Source: an uncultured Bdellovibrionales bacterium (lineage in GTDB: Bacteria; Patescibacteriota; Minisyncoccia; Moranbacterales; GWC2-37-73). From it: a stretch of 64,000 nucleotides of DNA. Under the pieces are notes generated by a model. The model was not told the DNA's origin. It worked only from the letters and a program-made list of their open reading frames with translations, and ran no database searches. Each line of letters begins with the position of its first letter. The stretch's first letter is position 1. Both the position numbers and the translations under genes were made by a program. This document shows, piece by piece, positions 18,755 through 27,717 of this stretch. The stretch covers positions 23,265 through 87,264 of the forward strand of contig CAZAFB010000004.1 of the NCBI GenBank assembly GCA_964484505.1, given 5' to 3'.

Positions 18755-20641
18755 ATGCATCAGACATTCTACATAAGTGGTGATGAAGAAATATCCTCGA
18801 TAGTAGATAGATTGCGTAAATCCGTGTCGCAGGAGAATTATTTTGTCGTGCCTCCGCGAGCACTTGTTTTTCAAAGTGTGGTTAATTTAAAGCTGTTAGC
18901 CAAAGAAGCCGAGAAAATTGGAAGGAAGGCAATCTTGGTCACACAGGATGAAATGGGCGCATCATTGGCTCAACGTGCCGGTTTGAATGTGCGTTCTTCC
19001 ATGGAGGGTATTGGTAATAACCAGCCGAAGATCAAAGATTTTTCTACCAAGGAAGAAATATCCTCCAAAAAGATGGAATTTGGTGGTGATACGCTTGCCA
19101 GCGGAAATGAAATCGGCGAAGTGCTGGAAAAAAAGCAACGATTATCCAGCATTGGTTCAGCTGATTTTTATGGAGAGCAAAAGGCTACTAGTCAAAATGT
19201 TAAGATTGAGACAACTGCGGCGCCAGCTTCTTTGCAAGGAAAACGCGATGTGATTTATGTTGGCAAGCAGGGCTTGGCTGGCGATATAAAAAGCAACAGA
19301 CAAACTGTGCCAACTTCTTCTATTGTCCCAAAAGTTGTCGCCAGCAATGAAAGTGCAAGGAGGCCTTATCCTGGTACAGAACAGCGTATCGAAAAAATGT
19401 TTCTAAACAAAGAACATCCCAAAGTGGAAAAGCCAAAAATTTCCCATAGCGAGAGTGTTCCGGTGGGCGGGAGGACCAAGATGTTTATCGGAATATTTCT
19501 TTTATTGGGATTGTTTGTTCTTGGCGCCGTGGCTATATTTGTTATTTTGCCTAGCGCTAAAATAAAAGTTGTCGTCAATGATGAAAGACAAAAGGCGGAT
19601 ATAGCGATAGCTGGAAGTGAACAAATTGTTTCCGCTGATGAATCAACAAAAAACATTCCGGTAAAATTTATAGAAAAAGATGAAGTCGTAACTCTTTCCT
19701 ATGAAGCGACGGGAATTGCCTCTGGCTCGGGATCCAAAGCAAAGGGTGCGGTAATCATAAATAATGAATACAGCGATCAGCCGCAAACATTGATAGCAAC
19801 GACTCGCCTGAAAAACAGTGAGGGAAAAATATATCGTATAACCAAAGACGTAACTGTTCCGGGCATGCGTTCCGTTGGCTCCGACAAGGAGCCTGGTAAG
19901 GTGGAAGTGGAGGTAGTGGCGGATGACTTTGGAGAAGAATTTGATATGAGTGAAGGTAAATTTACTATTCCCGGTTTTGAAGGCGGCCCTAAATATGAAA
20001 AATTCTCTGCAGAGGTAAAAGAAAAGATTTCGGGTGGTAATATGAGCGACAATCCAATTAAAGCGGTTTCAGAGCAGGATATCATTAAGGCCAAAAAGGA
20101 AACGGAGACTGCTCTGAAAAATAAAGTAAAAGATATCATAAACGCAGACCTGGAGGAAGGATATGCTGTCATGGATGAAACCATGGATTCAATCATTGTT
20201 CAATCCAGTGCTTCGGTGAAGGCCGGTGCGGAAAAAGACAGTTTTGATTATGCAGTCAAAGCTCACATAAAGGCCTTGGCCTTTTCTGCAGAAGATGCGA
20301 AAAAGATATTGGTCTCAAGCTTTGAAAAAACAACAATTGAAAAGGCAAGTGCTAACGAAATGAAAATTGAATATACGGGCATTTCACCTGATTTCACAGG
20401 AAAAAAACTAAGCTTGCGTGCTCATGGAGAAATAGTAAAACCTTCCGATTTTGATGCGGAGACATTCAAAAAAGATATTTTAGGTAAAAATGAACAAGAA
20501 ATAGGGAAGGTTGTGGATAAATTTGAAAATATCGACAATGTAGAAATGGAATTCAATTTCAAGTTTGTTTCCAGAGTTCCAAATTATCCGCAAAGAGTGT
20601 CGGTGGAAGTTATTCATCAGGAAAAAAGCTTGGCAAAGTAG
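18755..20641 (+). CDS. hypothetical single-pass membrane protein (about 240 aa cytoplasmic N-domain, one TM, about 370 aa extracytoplasmic domain)
   Basis: 628-aa ORF with one strongly hydrophobic segment; no recognisable family. Confidence 0.5.
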   Translation: MHQTFYISGDEEISSIVDRLRKSVSQENYFVVPPRALVFQSVVNLKLLAKEAEKIGRKAILVTQDEMGASLAQRAGLNVRSSMEGIGNNQPKIKDFSTKEEISSKKMEFGGDTLASGNEIGEVLEKKQRLSSIGSADFYGEQKATSQNVKIETTAAPASLQGKRDVIYVGKQGLAGDIKSNRQTVPTSSIVPKVVASNESARRPYPGTEQRIEKMFLNKEHPKVEKPKISHSESVPVGGRTKMFIGIFLLLGLFVLGAVAIFVILPSAKIKVVVNDERQKADIAIAGSEQIVSADESTKNIPVKFIEKDEVVTLSYEATGIASGSGSKAKGAVIINNEYSDQPQTLIATTRLKNSEGKIYRITKDVTVPGMRSVGSDKEPGKVEVEVVADDFGEEFDMSEGKFTIPGFEGGPKYEKFSAEVKEKISGGNMSDNPIKAVSEQDIIKAKKETETALKNKVKDIINADLEEGYAVMDETMDSIIVQSSASVKAGAEKDSFDYAVKAHIKALAFSAEDAKKILVSSFEKTTIEKASANEMKIEYTGISPDFTGKKLSLRAHGEIVKPSDFDAETFKKDILGKNEQEIGKVVDKFENIDNVEMEFNFKFVSRVPNYPQRVSVEVIHQEKSLAK

Positions 20642-20674
20642 TAAACTTTTTGTTTAAATTTGAGGGAGTTTGGA

Positions 20675-20708
20675 AAGGGGATTCAATAGGGGTCCCTTTT
20701 GTGTTTTT
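20675..20708 (+). terminator. candidate intrinsic terminator
   Basis: AAGGGG...CCCTTT stem followed by a T-rich tract. Confidence 0.45.
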
Positions 20709-20788
20709 CGGAGTTTAAAAATAATTTTCAGTTGTGGATAAGTCCCAAAAATGGCTTAGGAAAAGGAGCTTGGCAGATATTTGACTTG

Positions 20789-20797
20789 TGGTATAAT
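20789..20797 (+). promoter_or_regulatory. extended -10 promoter (TGgTATAAT) upstream of nrdR
   Basis: TG-n-TATAAT. Confidence 0.5.
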
Positions 20798-20808
20798 GTA
20801 TCTAACGT

Positions 20809-20853
20809 ACACTATATCTTGTGGTTTTGATAATAAAACACAAAAATCGTGAG
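20809..20853 (+). promoter_or_regulatory. two candidate NrdR boxes
   Basis: ACACTATATCTTGTGG matches 13/16 of the ACACwAtATaTwGTGT consensus; second weaker box ACACAAAAATCGTGAG about 29 bp downstream. Confidence 0.45.
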
Positions 20854-20892
20854 TACGGAAATCGTAAACTTGTCAAGTTGTTATATGAGTTC

Positions 20893-20945
20893 ATAACGTT
20901 TATAACGTTCGTAACGTTATAACGTTAAAAACGTTTAAGCGTTAA
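20893..20945 (+). repeat. 9-bp tandem repeat (xTAACGTTx) x6 immediately upstream of nrdR
   Basis: AACGTT hexamers at 20895, 20904, 20913, 20921, 20930, and AGCGTT at 20938. Confidence 0.8.
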
Positions 20946-20959
20946 AACGAAAAAATACT

Positions 20960-21412
20960 ATGGTTTGTCCATTTTGCGGGCACGATGACACGAAAGTTGT
21001 CGACTCGCGTGATACGAATGACGGCCGGGCGATCCGGCGACGCAGAGAATGCGAACAATGCCAAGCACGTTTCTCAACGTACGAGGAGATGGAAATAATG
21101 AAGCTGACGGTGATTAAGCGCGACGGTTCCAAGCAGGAATATCGCAAAGAGAAAATAGAAAACGGTCTGCGTAAAGCTCTGGAAAAATGTCCAGTTAGTG
21201 AAGATAGAATCAGTAAAGCGCTCGGTGATATCGAATATGAAATCCAATCCAAGGATTCACCTGAAATCACCAGCAAGGAAATAGGTAAAATAGTTTTGGC
21301 GAAGCTGAAAGAATTGGACGACGTAGCGTATCTGCGATTTGCCAGCGTGTACAAGTCTTTCAAGAATGCCGAGAGTTTTGTGAAGGAGATGGAAAAGCTT
21401 GAATCATCGTGA
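20960..21412 (+). CDS. nrdR: transcriptional repressor NrdR
   Basis: N-terminal Zn ribbon (CPFCG...CEQC) plus ATP-cone. Confidence 0.9.
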   Translation: MVCPFCGHDDTKVVDSRDTNDGRAIRRRRECEQCQARFSTYEEMEIMKLTVIKRDGSKQEYRKEKIENGLRKALEKCPVSEDRISKALGDIEYEIQSKDSPEITSKEIGKIVLAKLKELDDVAYLRFASVYKSFKNAESFVKEMEKLESS

Positions 21413-21523
21413 TGGCGACTCGAATGATACGAATCTGCACTCGAATGACTCGAATGTCAAAGTAATCTATTCGCAAATGGGCATTTATTCGTAGGTTAGA
21501 ATTATATTATTTATTAAATACTT

Positions 21524-23806
21524 TTGGGGGAAAACGAGAGTATGAAAAAACAAAAAGGAAAATCAGCAAAGGCCGCAAAGAAGGTTGCAACCGTAACCAA
21601 GAAAACGGCAGTGAAGAAAGTAAATGTTATCAAGCAAGTTGTAAAGCGTAGTGGACGCACGGTGCCTTTTGATGCCAAAAAAATCACAGTTGCTGTTACC
21701 AAGGCATTGGCTTCTACGGGAGAAGGGACAAAAGCGGAAGCACAGAAAGTTACTGACAAGGTTGTTAAAATGCTCAACAAAAATCATGGCAAAGGATATG
21801 TGCCACAAATCGAGGAAATCCAAGACATGGTGGAGCGTGTGCTCATGGTGCTTGATTTCGAGGAAACTGCAAAAGCATATATTCTTTATCGTGAACAACA
21901 CCGAAAGATTCGTGAAACCGAAGAAGCATTGGATGAAGCAGTCTCTTTGGTTGATAAATATATCCAAGAGATTGATTGGAAAGTGAAGGAAAACGCAAAC
22001 ATGGCATATTCCTTGCAGGGACTCAACAATTACATTTCTTCGATCGTTAGCAGTAAATATTGGATGAATCGCGTGTATACCAAAGACATTCGCAGCGCAC
22101 ACGAAGAAGGTGATTTTCATATTCACGATTTGCAATTGGTGGCGGCGTATTGCTGCGGATGGGACTTGCAAGACCTACTTCGTCGCGGATTTACCGGTGT
22201 TCCAGGCAAAGTGGAATGCAAACCGGCTAAACATTTCGGCAGCGCTTTGGGTCAGATGGTGAATTTTATCTATACTCTGCAAGGTGAGGTTGCTGGTGCA
22301 CAAGCTTTCTCTAATTTCGATACGCTGCTTGCGCCGTTTGTCAGAAACGATAAACTTTCCTACGCACAAGTAAAGCAGGAGATCCAGTCTTTTGTGTTTA
22401 ACATGAACGTTTCCACGCGCGTGGGATTCCAGACGCCGTTTTCCAACATTACACTTGACATCGTTCCTCCTAAGACTTTAGCAAATGAGGCTGTGGTTAT
22501 CGGCGGTGTGCCCCAGAAAGAAACTTACGCGGAATTCCAAGATGAAATGAACATGATCAATCGTGCGTTTGCGGAAGTGATGAGTGAAGGAGATGCGAAT
22601 GGACGTATTTTTACCTTCCCGATCCCGACTTACAATATCGATAAAAATTTCAACTGGGAAGATGACCGCTTCGATGCAATTTGGGAAATGACCGCCAAAT
22701 ATGGCATTCCGTATTTTGCGAACTTTGTGAACTCCGATATGGATCCTGATGACGCACGTTCGATGTGTTGTCGCTTGCGTTTGGATAATCGCGAACTGCA
22801 TAAACGCGGCGGCGGTCTATTTGGAGCAAACCCGCTCACCGGTTCAATCGGCGTGGTAACGATCAATATGCCACGCGTGGGCTATTTGGCCAAAAACAAG
22901 AAAGATTTTTACAAACGCTTGAACGCACTGATGGATTTGGCGAAGCAAAGCTTGGAAACCAAACGCGAATTAGTGGAAGGGCTTACCGAAAAAGGACTTT
23001 ATCCATATACTAAATTCTATCTTGATTCGATCAAGGGGCGTCGCGGGCAATATTGGGCGAATCATTTTTCGACGATCGGTTTGGTGGGCATGAACGAAGC
23101 TTTGTTAAATCTGATTGGTAAAGATATTACGACCAAAGAAGGCCAGGAATTGGCTCAGGAAGTTTTGGAACATATGCGTGAATATATTACCAAATTCCAG
23201 GAGGAAACAGGTAATCTGTATAATCTCGAAGCGACACCTGCCGAAGGAACAGCCTATCGCCTGGCTCGCGCTGACCGCGAAAGATATCCGGATATTGTTT
23301 TTGCTAATAATGAAGCTGTTGTTAATGTTGGTGCGGAACCTTATTACACAAATTCCTCACAGCTCCCCGTGTCGTTTACGGAAGATATTTTCGAGGCCTT
23401 GGATTTGCAAGACGGTTTGCAGACTAAATATACCGGCGGTACGGTACTGCATGGATTTTTGGGAGAAAGACTTTGGGATATTGTCACGGTGAAGAATTTG
23501 GTGCGCCGCATTGCTGAAACCTATGAGTTGCCATATTTCACCCTAACTCCGACATTCTCGATTTGTCCGGTACATGGCTACATTGCCGGCGAACATCATC
23601 AATGTCCGAAATGTGTGATCGAGCAGCCAACGGAAGTATATTCTCGCGTGGTTGGCTACATCCGTCCTGTGCAGCAATGGAACAAAGGCAAGCGCACTGA
23701 ATTTGGCGACCGCAAGGAATTCGTAGTGGCAGGTGAAGTATGTGAACCTGTTAAGAAGGCTAAAGTTGCTAAGAAAAAAGCAAAGAAAAAGGCGAAGAAA
23801 AAGTAG
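21524..23806 (+). CDS. nrdD: anaerobic ribonucleoside-triphosphate reductase (class III)
   Basis: N-terminal ATP-cone, C-terminal Zn ribbon CPVHGY...CPKC, glycyl-radical motif SRVVGYIRP, Lys-rich tail. Confidence 0.85.
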   Translation: MGENESMKKQKGKSAKAAKKVATVTKKTAVKKVNVIKQVVKRSGRTVPFDAKKITVAVTKALASTGEGTKAEAQKVTDKVVKMLNKNHGKGYVPQIEEIQDMVERVLMVLDFEETAKAYILYREQHRKIRETEEALDEAVSLVDKYIQEIDWKVKENANMAYSLQGLNNYISSIVSSKYWMNRVYTKDIRSAHEEGDFHIHDLQLVAAYCCGWDLQDLLRRGFTGVPGKVECKPAKHFGSALGQMVNFIYTLQGEVAGAQAFSNFDTLLAPFVRNDKLSYAQVKQEIQSFVFNMNVSTRVGFQTPFSNITLDIVPPKTLANEAVVIGGVPQKETYAEFQDEMNMINRAFAEVMSEGDANGRIFTFPIPTYNIDKNFNWEDDRFDAIWEMTAKYGIPYFANFVNSDMDPDDARSMCCRLRLDNRELHKRGGGLFGANPLTGSIGVVTINMPRVGYLAKNKKDFYKRLNALMDLAKQSLETKRELVEGLTEKGLYPYTKFYLDSIKGRRGQYWANHFSTIGLVGMNEALLNLIGKDITTKEGQELAQEVLEHMREYITKFQEETGNLYNLEATPAEGTAYRLARADRERYPDIVFANNEAVVNVGAEPYYTNSSQLPVSFTEDIFEALDLQDGLQTKYTGGTVLHGFLGERLWDIVTVKNLVRRIAETYELPYFTLTPTFSICPVHGYIAGEHHQCPKCVIEQPTEVYSRVVGYIRPVQQWNKGKRTEFGDRKEFVVAGEVCEPVKKAKVAKKKAKKKAKKK

Positions 23807-24004
23807 CATTTGTCATGCTGAATTTATTTCAGCATCCCTAGGAGTACAGCGCAGATCCTGAAACAAGTTCAGGATGACAGCAATAAAACGTTTCTATCGA
23901 TAAGCTAGCGATCAATAGAAATAATTAGATATAAAATAAAAAGATAAATACAAAGGTTGCGAATTTTTTCGTACATTCGTAAAAATTCGTAATTCGTAGG
24001 GAAT

Positions 24005-24271
24005 ATGGAAAAATACATCTGCCATGATTGTGGCAAAACATTGGAAAACAATGAAGAATATATGCCCTATCAAGTAGGGGAAGAAATATATGTGAAATGT
24101 AAAGCATGTCACCAAGCCGATCCGGTGCTGCGCAATTTCCGCGCCACGGAAGTTTATTCTCGCGTGGTTGGCTATATCCGCCCGGTTAAACAATGGAACA
24201 AGGGAAAAAGGACTGAATTTGGAGATAGGAAAGAGTTTGTGGTTGAGAATGCTGGGTGTTGTGCAGCGTAG
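24005..24271 (+). CDS. free-standing NrdD C-terminal module: Zn ribbon plus glycyl-radical domain (GrcA-like spare part candidate)
   Basis: CHDCG...CKACH Zn ribbon, then EVYSRVVGYIRPVKQWNKGKRTEFGDRKEFVV, near-identical to the NrdD C-terminus at protein level but diverged at synonymous sites. Confidence 0.7.
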   Translation: MEKYICHDCGKTLENNEEYMPYQVGEEIYVKCKACHQADPVLRNFRATEVYSRVVGYIRPVKQWNKGKRTEFGDRKEFVVENAGCCAA

Positions 24272-24292
24272 ATTGGGTAGGAGACAGGAATT

Positions 24293-24320
24293 ATAGATTA
24301 TAGATTATAGATTATAGATT
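24293..24320 (+). repeat. 7-bp tandem repeat TATAGAT x4
   Basis: Direct reading of the sequence. Confidence 0.9.
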
Positions 24321-24493
24321 ATTGCGTGGTATTGGTAAAACCCAGCCTTCGCTCGCTTTGGGGCGAGCTACGGCGGGCGAGGAAAAAGATGGCGGGGCGA
24401 TATTTTCTCAGGGGAATATCGCCCTGTGTTTCCTTCGAGAGAAAATTGGGATTTGTTTAGAAATTAGATATTAGGAATTAGAAATTTACGCGT

Positions 24494-25195
24494 ATGCGTA
24501 TCGGTGGCTTCCAAAAACTCACATTGATAGATTACCCTGGCAAGATTGCGACGACGGTTTTTACGATTGGTTGCAGTTTTAAATGCCCGTTTTGTCATAA
24601 TCCGGAATTGGTTATCAAATCCGAGTTTTTGCCCTGGGAAGGCGTCGAAGAAGAATTTTTCCAGCATTTGGAAAAAAGAAAAGGGAAATTGGATGGCGTG
24701 TGTATTACTGGCGGCGAACCGACAATCCAGCCAGACATCATTGAATTTATCAAAAAGATAAAAGACATGGGTTATTTGGTGAAGCTTGATACGAATGGCA
24801 CGCAGCCGGATGTTTTGAAAAAGTTGTATGATTTGAAGCTTTTGGATTTTGTGGCGACGGACATCAAAAACGCGCCGGATAGATATGATGACACGGTCGG
24901 TCTCAAAGCAAACATAGAAAACGTGAAAAAAAGCGTGGCGATGATCATGAAAAGCGGCTTGCCCTATGAATTTCGCACCACCGTGGTTCCTGGTATCCAC
25001 ACGGAAAAAGATTTTGACGCGGTTGCTGACTGGATCGACGGTGCGGATGCCTATTATCTTCAAGAATATCGCAGCGGCAAAACGATTGATAAGAATATGG
25101 ACAAAATTACGAAAGGAAAAACAATCGATTTGGAAAAGATTGGCGAGAAAATCGGGAAGAGATTTAAAAAATTTGGGATAAGAAAAAATTTATAA
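24494..25195 (+). CDS. nrdG: anaerobic ribonucleotide reductase activating protein (radical SAM)
   Basis: CSFKCPFCHN cluster, GGEP. Confidence 0.85.
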   Translation: MRIGGFQKLTLIDYPGKIATTVFTIGCSFKCPFCHNPELVIKSEFLPWEGVEEEFFQHLEKRKGKLDGVCITGGEPTIQPDIIEFIKKIKDMGYLVKLDTNGTQPDVLKKLYDLKLLDFVATDIKNAPDRYDDTVGLKANIENVKKSVAMIMKSGLPYEFRTTVVPGIHTEKDFDAVADWIDGADAYYLQEYRSGKTIDKNMDKITKGKTIDLEKIGEKIGKRFKKFGIRKNL

Positions 25196-25400
25196 GAAAA
25201 TAGGAGTTACGCATTTGAATGAATTTCAGTAGATACTATTTTTTGCTTGTCTTTCCCTCTCGGGTCGGCCGACAGTGCGCAAAAAATAATATTTGCTGAA
25301 ATTTTTAAAAATTAAAACACGTAAGTCCAAAGAAATATATTTTTGTGGCATACGTAAAAATAAAGGCATAGGGTGAAAATAAATCGCTAAAAACCTTTAT

Positions 25401-25766
25401 ATGTGGGAAAAAATAAAGAAACATAGTGCAAAAATAATCAGCGCTTTTGTGAGTATTCTTTTGGTGATTGGCGGCGTTGCTGTTATAAAAAACAGAGAAG
25501 AAAGCAAAAATAACGCAGAAGAAAACCTGGCAGGCGAGGCAAATAGTGAAGAAAATCAGACAGCCCCAACTGAGGAAGCCGCTCAAGTAAGTCAGCCCCA
25601 GCAAGAAAACAGTGCAACTGCTGAGAATGATGTTACTTCAATAAAAAATACCGCTCCAACAGCAGCTCCAGCAACAACTGCGCCAACCGTGACCAAAAAC
25701 ACTTCCACTTCTTCCACTACAACCACAACAACCCCAAAGGCGAAGACTAAAACGAAGTCTTCTTGA
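25401..25766 (+). CDS. membrane-anchored low-complexity (Thr/Ala/Pro-rich) protein
   Basis: N-terminal TM helix then disordered T/A/P-rich region; ends 22 nt before apbE. Confidence 0.4.
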   Translation: MWEKIKKHSAKIISAFVSILLVIGGVAVIKNREESKNNAEENLAGEANSEENQTAPTEEAAQVSQPQQENSATAENDVTSIKNTAPTAAPATTAPTVTKNTSTSSTTTTTTPKAKTKTKSS

Positions 25767-25788
25767 CAAAAGCTTCGTACAACCGCAT

Positions 25789-26730
25789 ATGAAAAATAAA
25801 ACTACCGAAGTGAAAGATTTCTTCCCTGCTTTAGGGACGGATATTGAAATTAGTATTATTTTAGGCGGCAAAACACAAGAAGATAAGGCTAGAGCAGATC
25901 TTAAAAGTGTGCGAGAAGAATATGCTCGCCTCGAAAAAATGCTGAGCCGATTTTCTCCCGATAGTGAGTTGTCACATCTTAACAGCAATCTTCATTTCTC
26001 CCATGAAGCGCCGCATGATATACTAGAAATATCGCGGCGTTGTTTGGATTATTATAAGAAAACAAAAGGCGTTTTTGACCCGCGTATCATCGACGATCTT
26101 GAAAGAATCGGCTATAGGGATGATTTTAAGAAAGGAAATTTAGCTGTTTCAAAACGCAAAAATGGCAAGGAAATATATGCGCGTCATTTGACTTCCGATA
26201 TTTCTTTGGACTTTGAGAAAAAACAAATCACGTTTCATGCCAGAATGGATTTTGGCGGCATCGCCAAAGGTTATATAACGGACAAAATTGCGAAATTCTT
26301 GCGTGAAAAAGGATGGCAGAATTTCTTTGTTAATTCTGGTGGAGATATTTATTTTTCCGGAAAGGACAAAAAAGAACCATGGTATTTCGGTGTTGAAGGA
26401 ATTGAAGATGAGCAAGTGTTGCTCATGGCGTCAAACTGCGGTGTGGCAACCTCGGGAATCGTCAGGAGAAAATGGGAAGTGGGAGACAAAAAATTCCATC
26501 ATTTGATAAATCCGCATAGTCCTGAAAGCTTTTCTTTTGATCTTAAGACGGTTACGGTGATTGCCGATACCACCGAAGAAGCGGATGTGTGGGCGAAAGT
26601 TTTATTTTTAATGGGCAAGTACGAAGGCATAAAACATGCCACGGATAAAAAACTGAAATGCATTCTTTTGGATTATCGTGGCAATGTGATAATTTCTCCA
26701 GAAATGAAGAGTCATATATATAGAAAATAA
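25789..26730 (+). CDS. apbE: FAD:protein FMN transferase ApbE
   Basis: ALGT, RFSPDSELSHLN, FGGIAKGYITD, NSGGDIY motifs; no signal peptide. Confidence 0.8.
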   Translation: MKNKTTEVKDFFPALGTDIEISIILGGKTQEDKARADLKSVREEYARLEKMLSRFSPDSELSHLNSNLHFSHEAPHDILEISRRCLDYYKKTKGVFDPRIIDDLERIGYRDDFKKGNLAVSKRKNGKEIYARHLTSDISLDFEKKQITFHARMDFGGIAKGYITDKIAKFLREKGWQNFFVNSGGDIYFSGKDKKEPWYFGVEGIEDEQVLLMASNCGVATSGIVRRKWEVGDKKFHHLINPHSPESFSFDLKTVTVIADTTEEADVWAKVLFLMGKYEGIKHATDKKLKCILLDYRGNVIISPEMKSHIYRK

Positions 26731-26735
26731 AACTT

Positions 26736-27326
26736 ATGTTAGATTCATCACAAACTATCCCTTGGGCTTGGTATGTAACCCGTTCGAGCGGTTTGGTCGG
26801 CTTTTTGCTGCTTTATATTTCCGTTCTTTTGGGGCTTCTGATTCGCGTACCATATTTGCGAAAGCTTGTGCCGGGATGGTTTTCGTTGCAGATGCATTGT
26901 TGGCTATCTTTGCTGGCATTGATGTTTGCCTTGGTGCACGGCACAGCACTGCTTTTCGACAAGATGTTCGATTTCTCCTTTGGCGACATATTCATTCCTT
27001 TTTACACTTCATACGAAAAAGATCTCATGGCGCTTGGTATCATTGGGTTTTATCTGATGCTTTTGTTGGTCGCCACTTCGTATTTGAAAAATGGTATTTC
27101 TCAGAATTTTTGGCGGGCAGCGCACTTTTTGAATATTGGCATGTATTTTATTTTGATTATCCACGCGCTGTACTTGGGAACGGATATGAAGATTGCTTGG
27201 GTGAGGGATATTTTTTTAGGAATGCAAGGAGTTTTAATATTTTTCATAATCTTGCATATTTTTTCACGTATCATCTGTCGTCGAAAAACAGTTGCTAACT
27301 CAGAATGTGAAATTCCACAGCAATGA
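26736..27326 (+). CDS. ferric-reductase-like transmembrane heme-binding protein (MsrQ/YedZ-like)
   Basis: Six TM helices; two His-x13-His pairs (HCWLSLLALMFALVH; HFLNIGMYFILIIH). Confidence 0.6.
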   Translation: MLDSSQTIPWAWYVTRSSGLVGFLLLYISVLLGLLIRVPYLRKLVPGWFSLQMHCWLSLLALMFALVHGTALLFDKMFDFSFGDIFIPFYTSYEKDLMALGIIGFYLMLLLVATSYLKNGISQNFWRAAHFLNIGMYFILIIHALYLGTDMKIAWVRDIFLGMQGVLIFFIILHIFSRIICRRKTVANSECEIPQQ

Positions 27327-27544
27327 AAAGAATATACGTCAAAGTCAGCCCAAAGTCATCACGCAACGAAGTTGTGCAGGTTTCGGATGGGGAATACAAG
27401 GTGAAACTCACGGCTGCGCCGGTTGATGGCAAAGCCAATGAAGCATTGATTGCAATTTTAGCCAAACATTTCAAGGTTGCTAAAATTTGCATCAAGATCG
27501 TTGGTGGCAAAACCGCAAAGACGAAGATTGTGGATATTGGATAA
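27323..27544 (+). CDS. DUF167/YggU family protein
   Basis: VSPKSSRNEV, AAPVDGKANEALI, GGKTAKTKIV; close match to the YggU pattern. Confidence 0.75.
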   Translation: MKRIYVKVSPKSSRNEVVQVSDGEYKVKLTAAPVDGKANEALIAILAKHFKVAKICIKIVGGKTAKTKIVDIG

Positions 27545-27619
27545 TGTTTTTTCAAAACGTCCTCAGGTTGCAGTTTATTTCTGAAAGACAATACAAGCTC
27601 CCTCATAGGTTCGGAACAC

Positions 27620-27648
27620 TTGACAAATAGTGCCTTGTGGATTATTCT
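27620..27648 (+). promoter_or_regulatory. sigma70-type promoter (TTGACA, 17-nt spacer, TATTCT)
   Basis: Perfect -35 with 17-nt spacer; SD AAGGAG 6 nt upstream of the ATG at 27718. Confidence 0.5.
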
Positions 27649-27717
27649 TGTTTATCGAGATATATTCTCGCGGCTATATGTAAATATGGCATAGCTATTT
27701 CAAAAAAGGAGTCGCCA

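Noticed and set aside
24293-24320. Possible CRISPR array
   Set aside because: Only a 7-bp microsatellite (TATAGAT x4). No repeat-spacer architecture of CRISPR dimensions occurs anywhere in the window.
25262-25271. Perfect palindrome GTCGGCCGAC after nrdG as a terminator
   Set aside because: It forms a loop-less stem with no following T-run on either strand. It may be a protein site but is not an intrinsic terminator.
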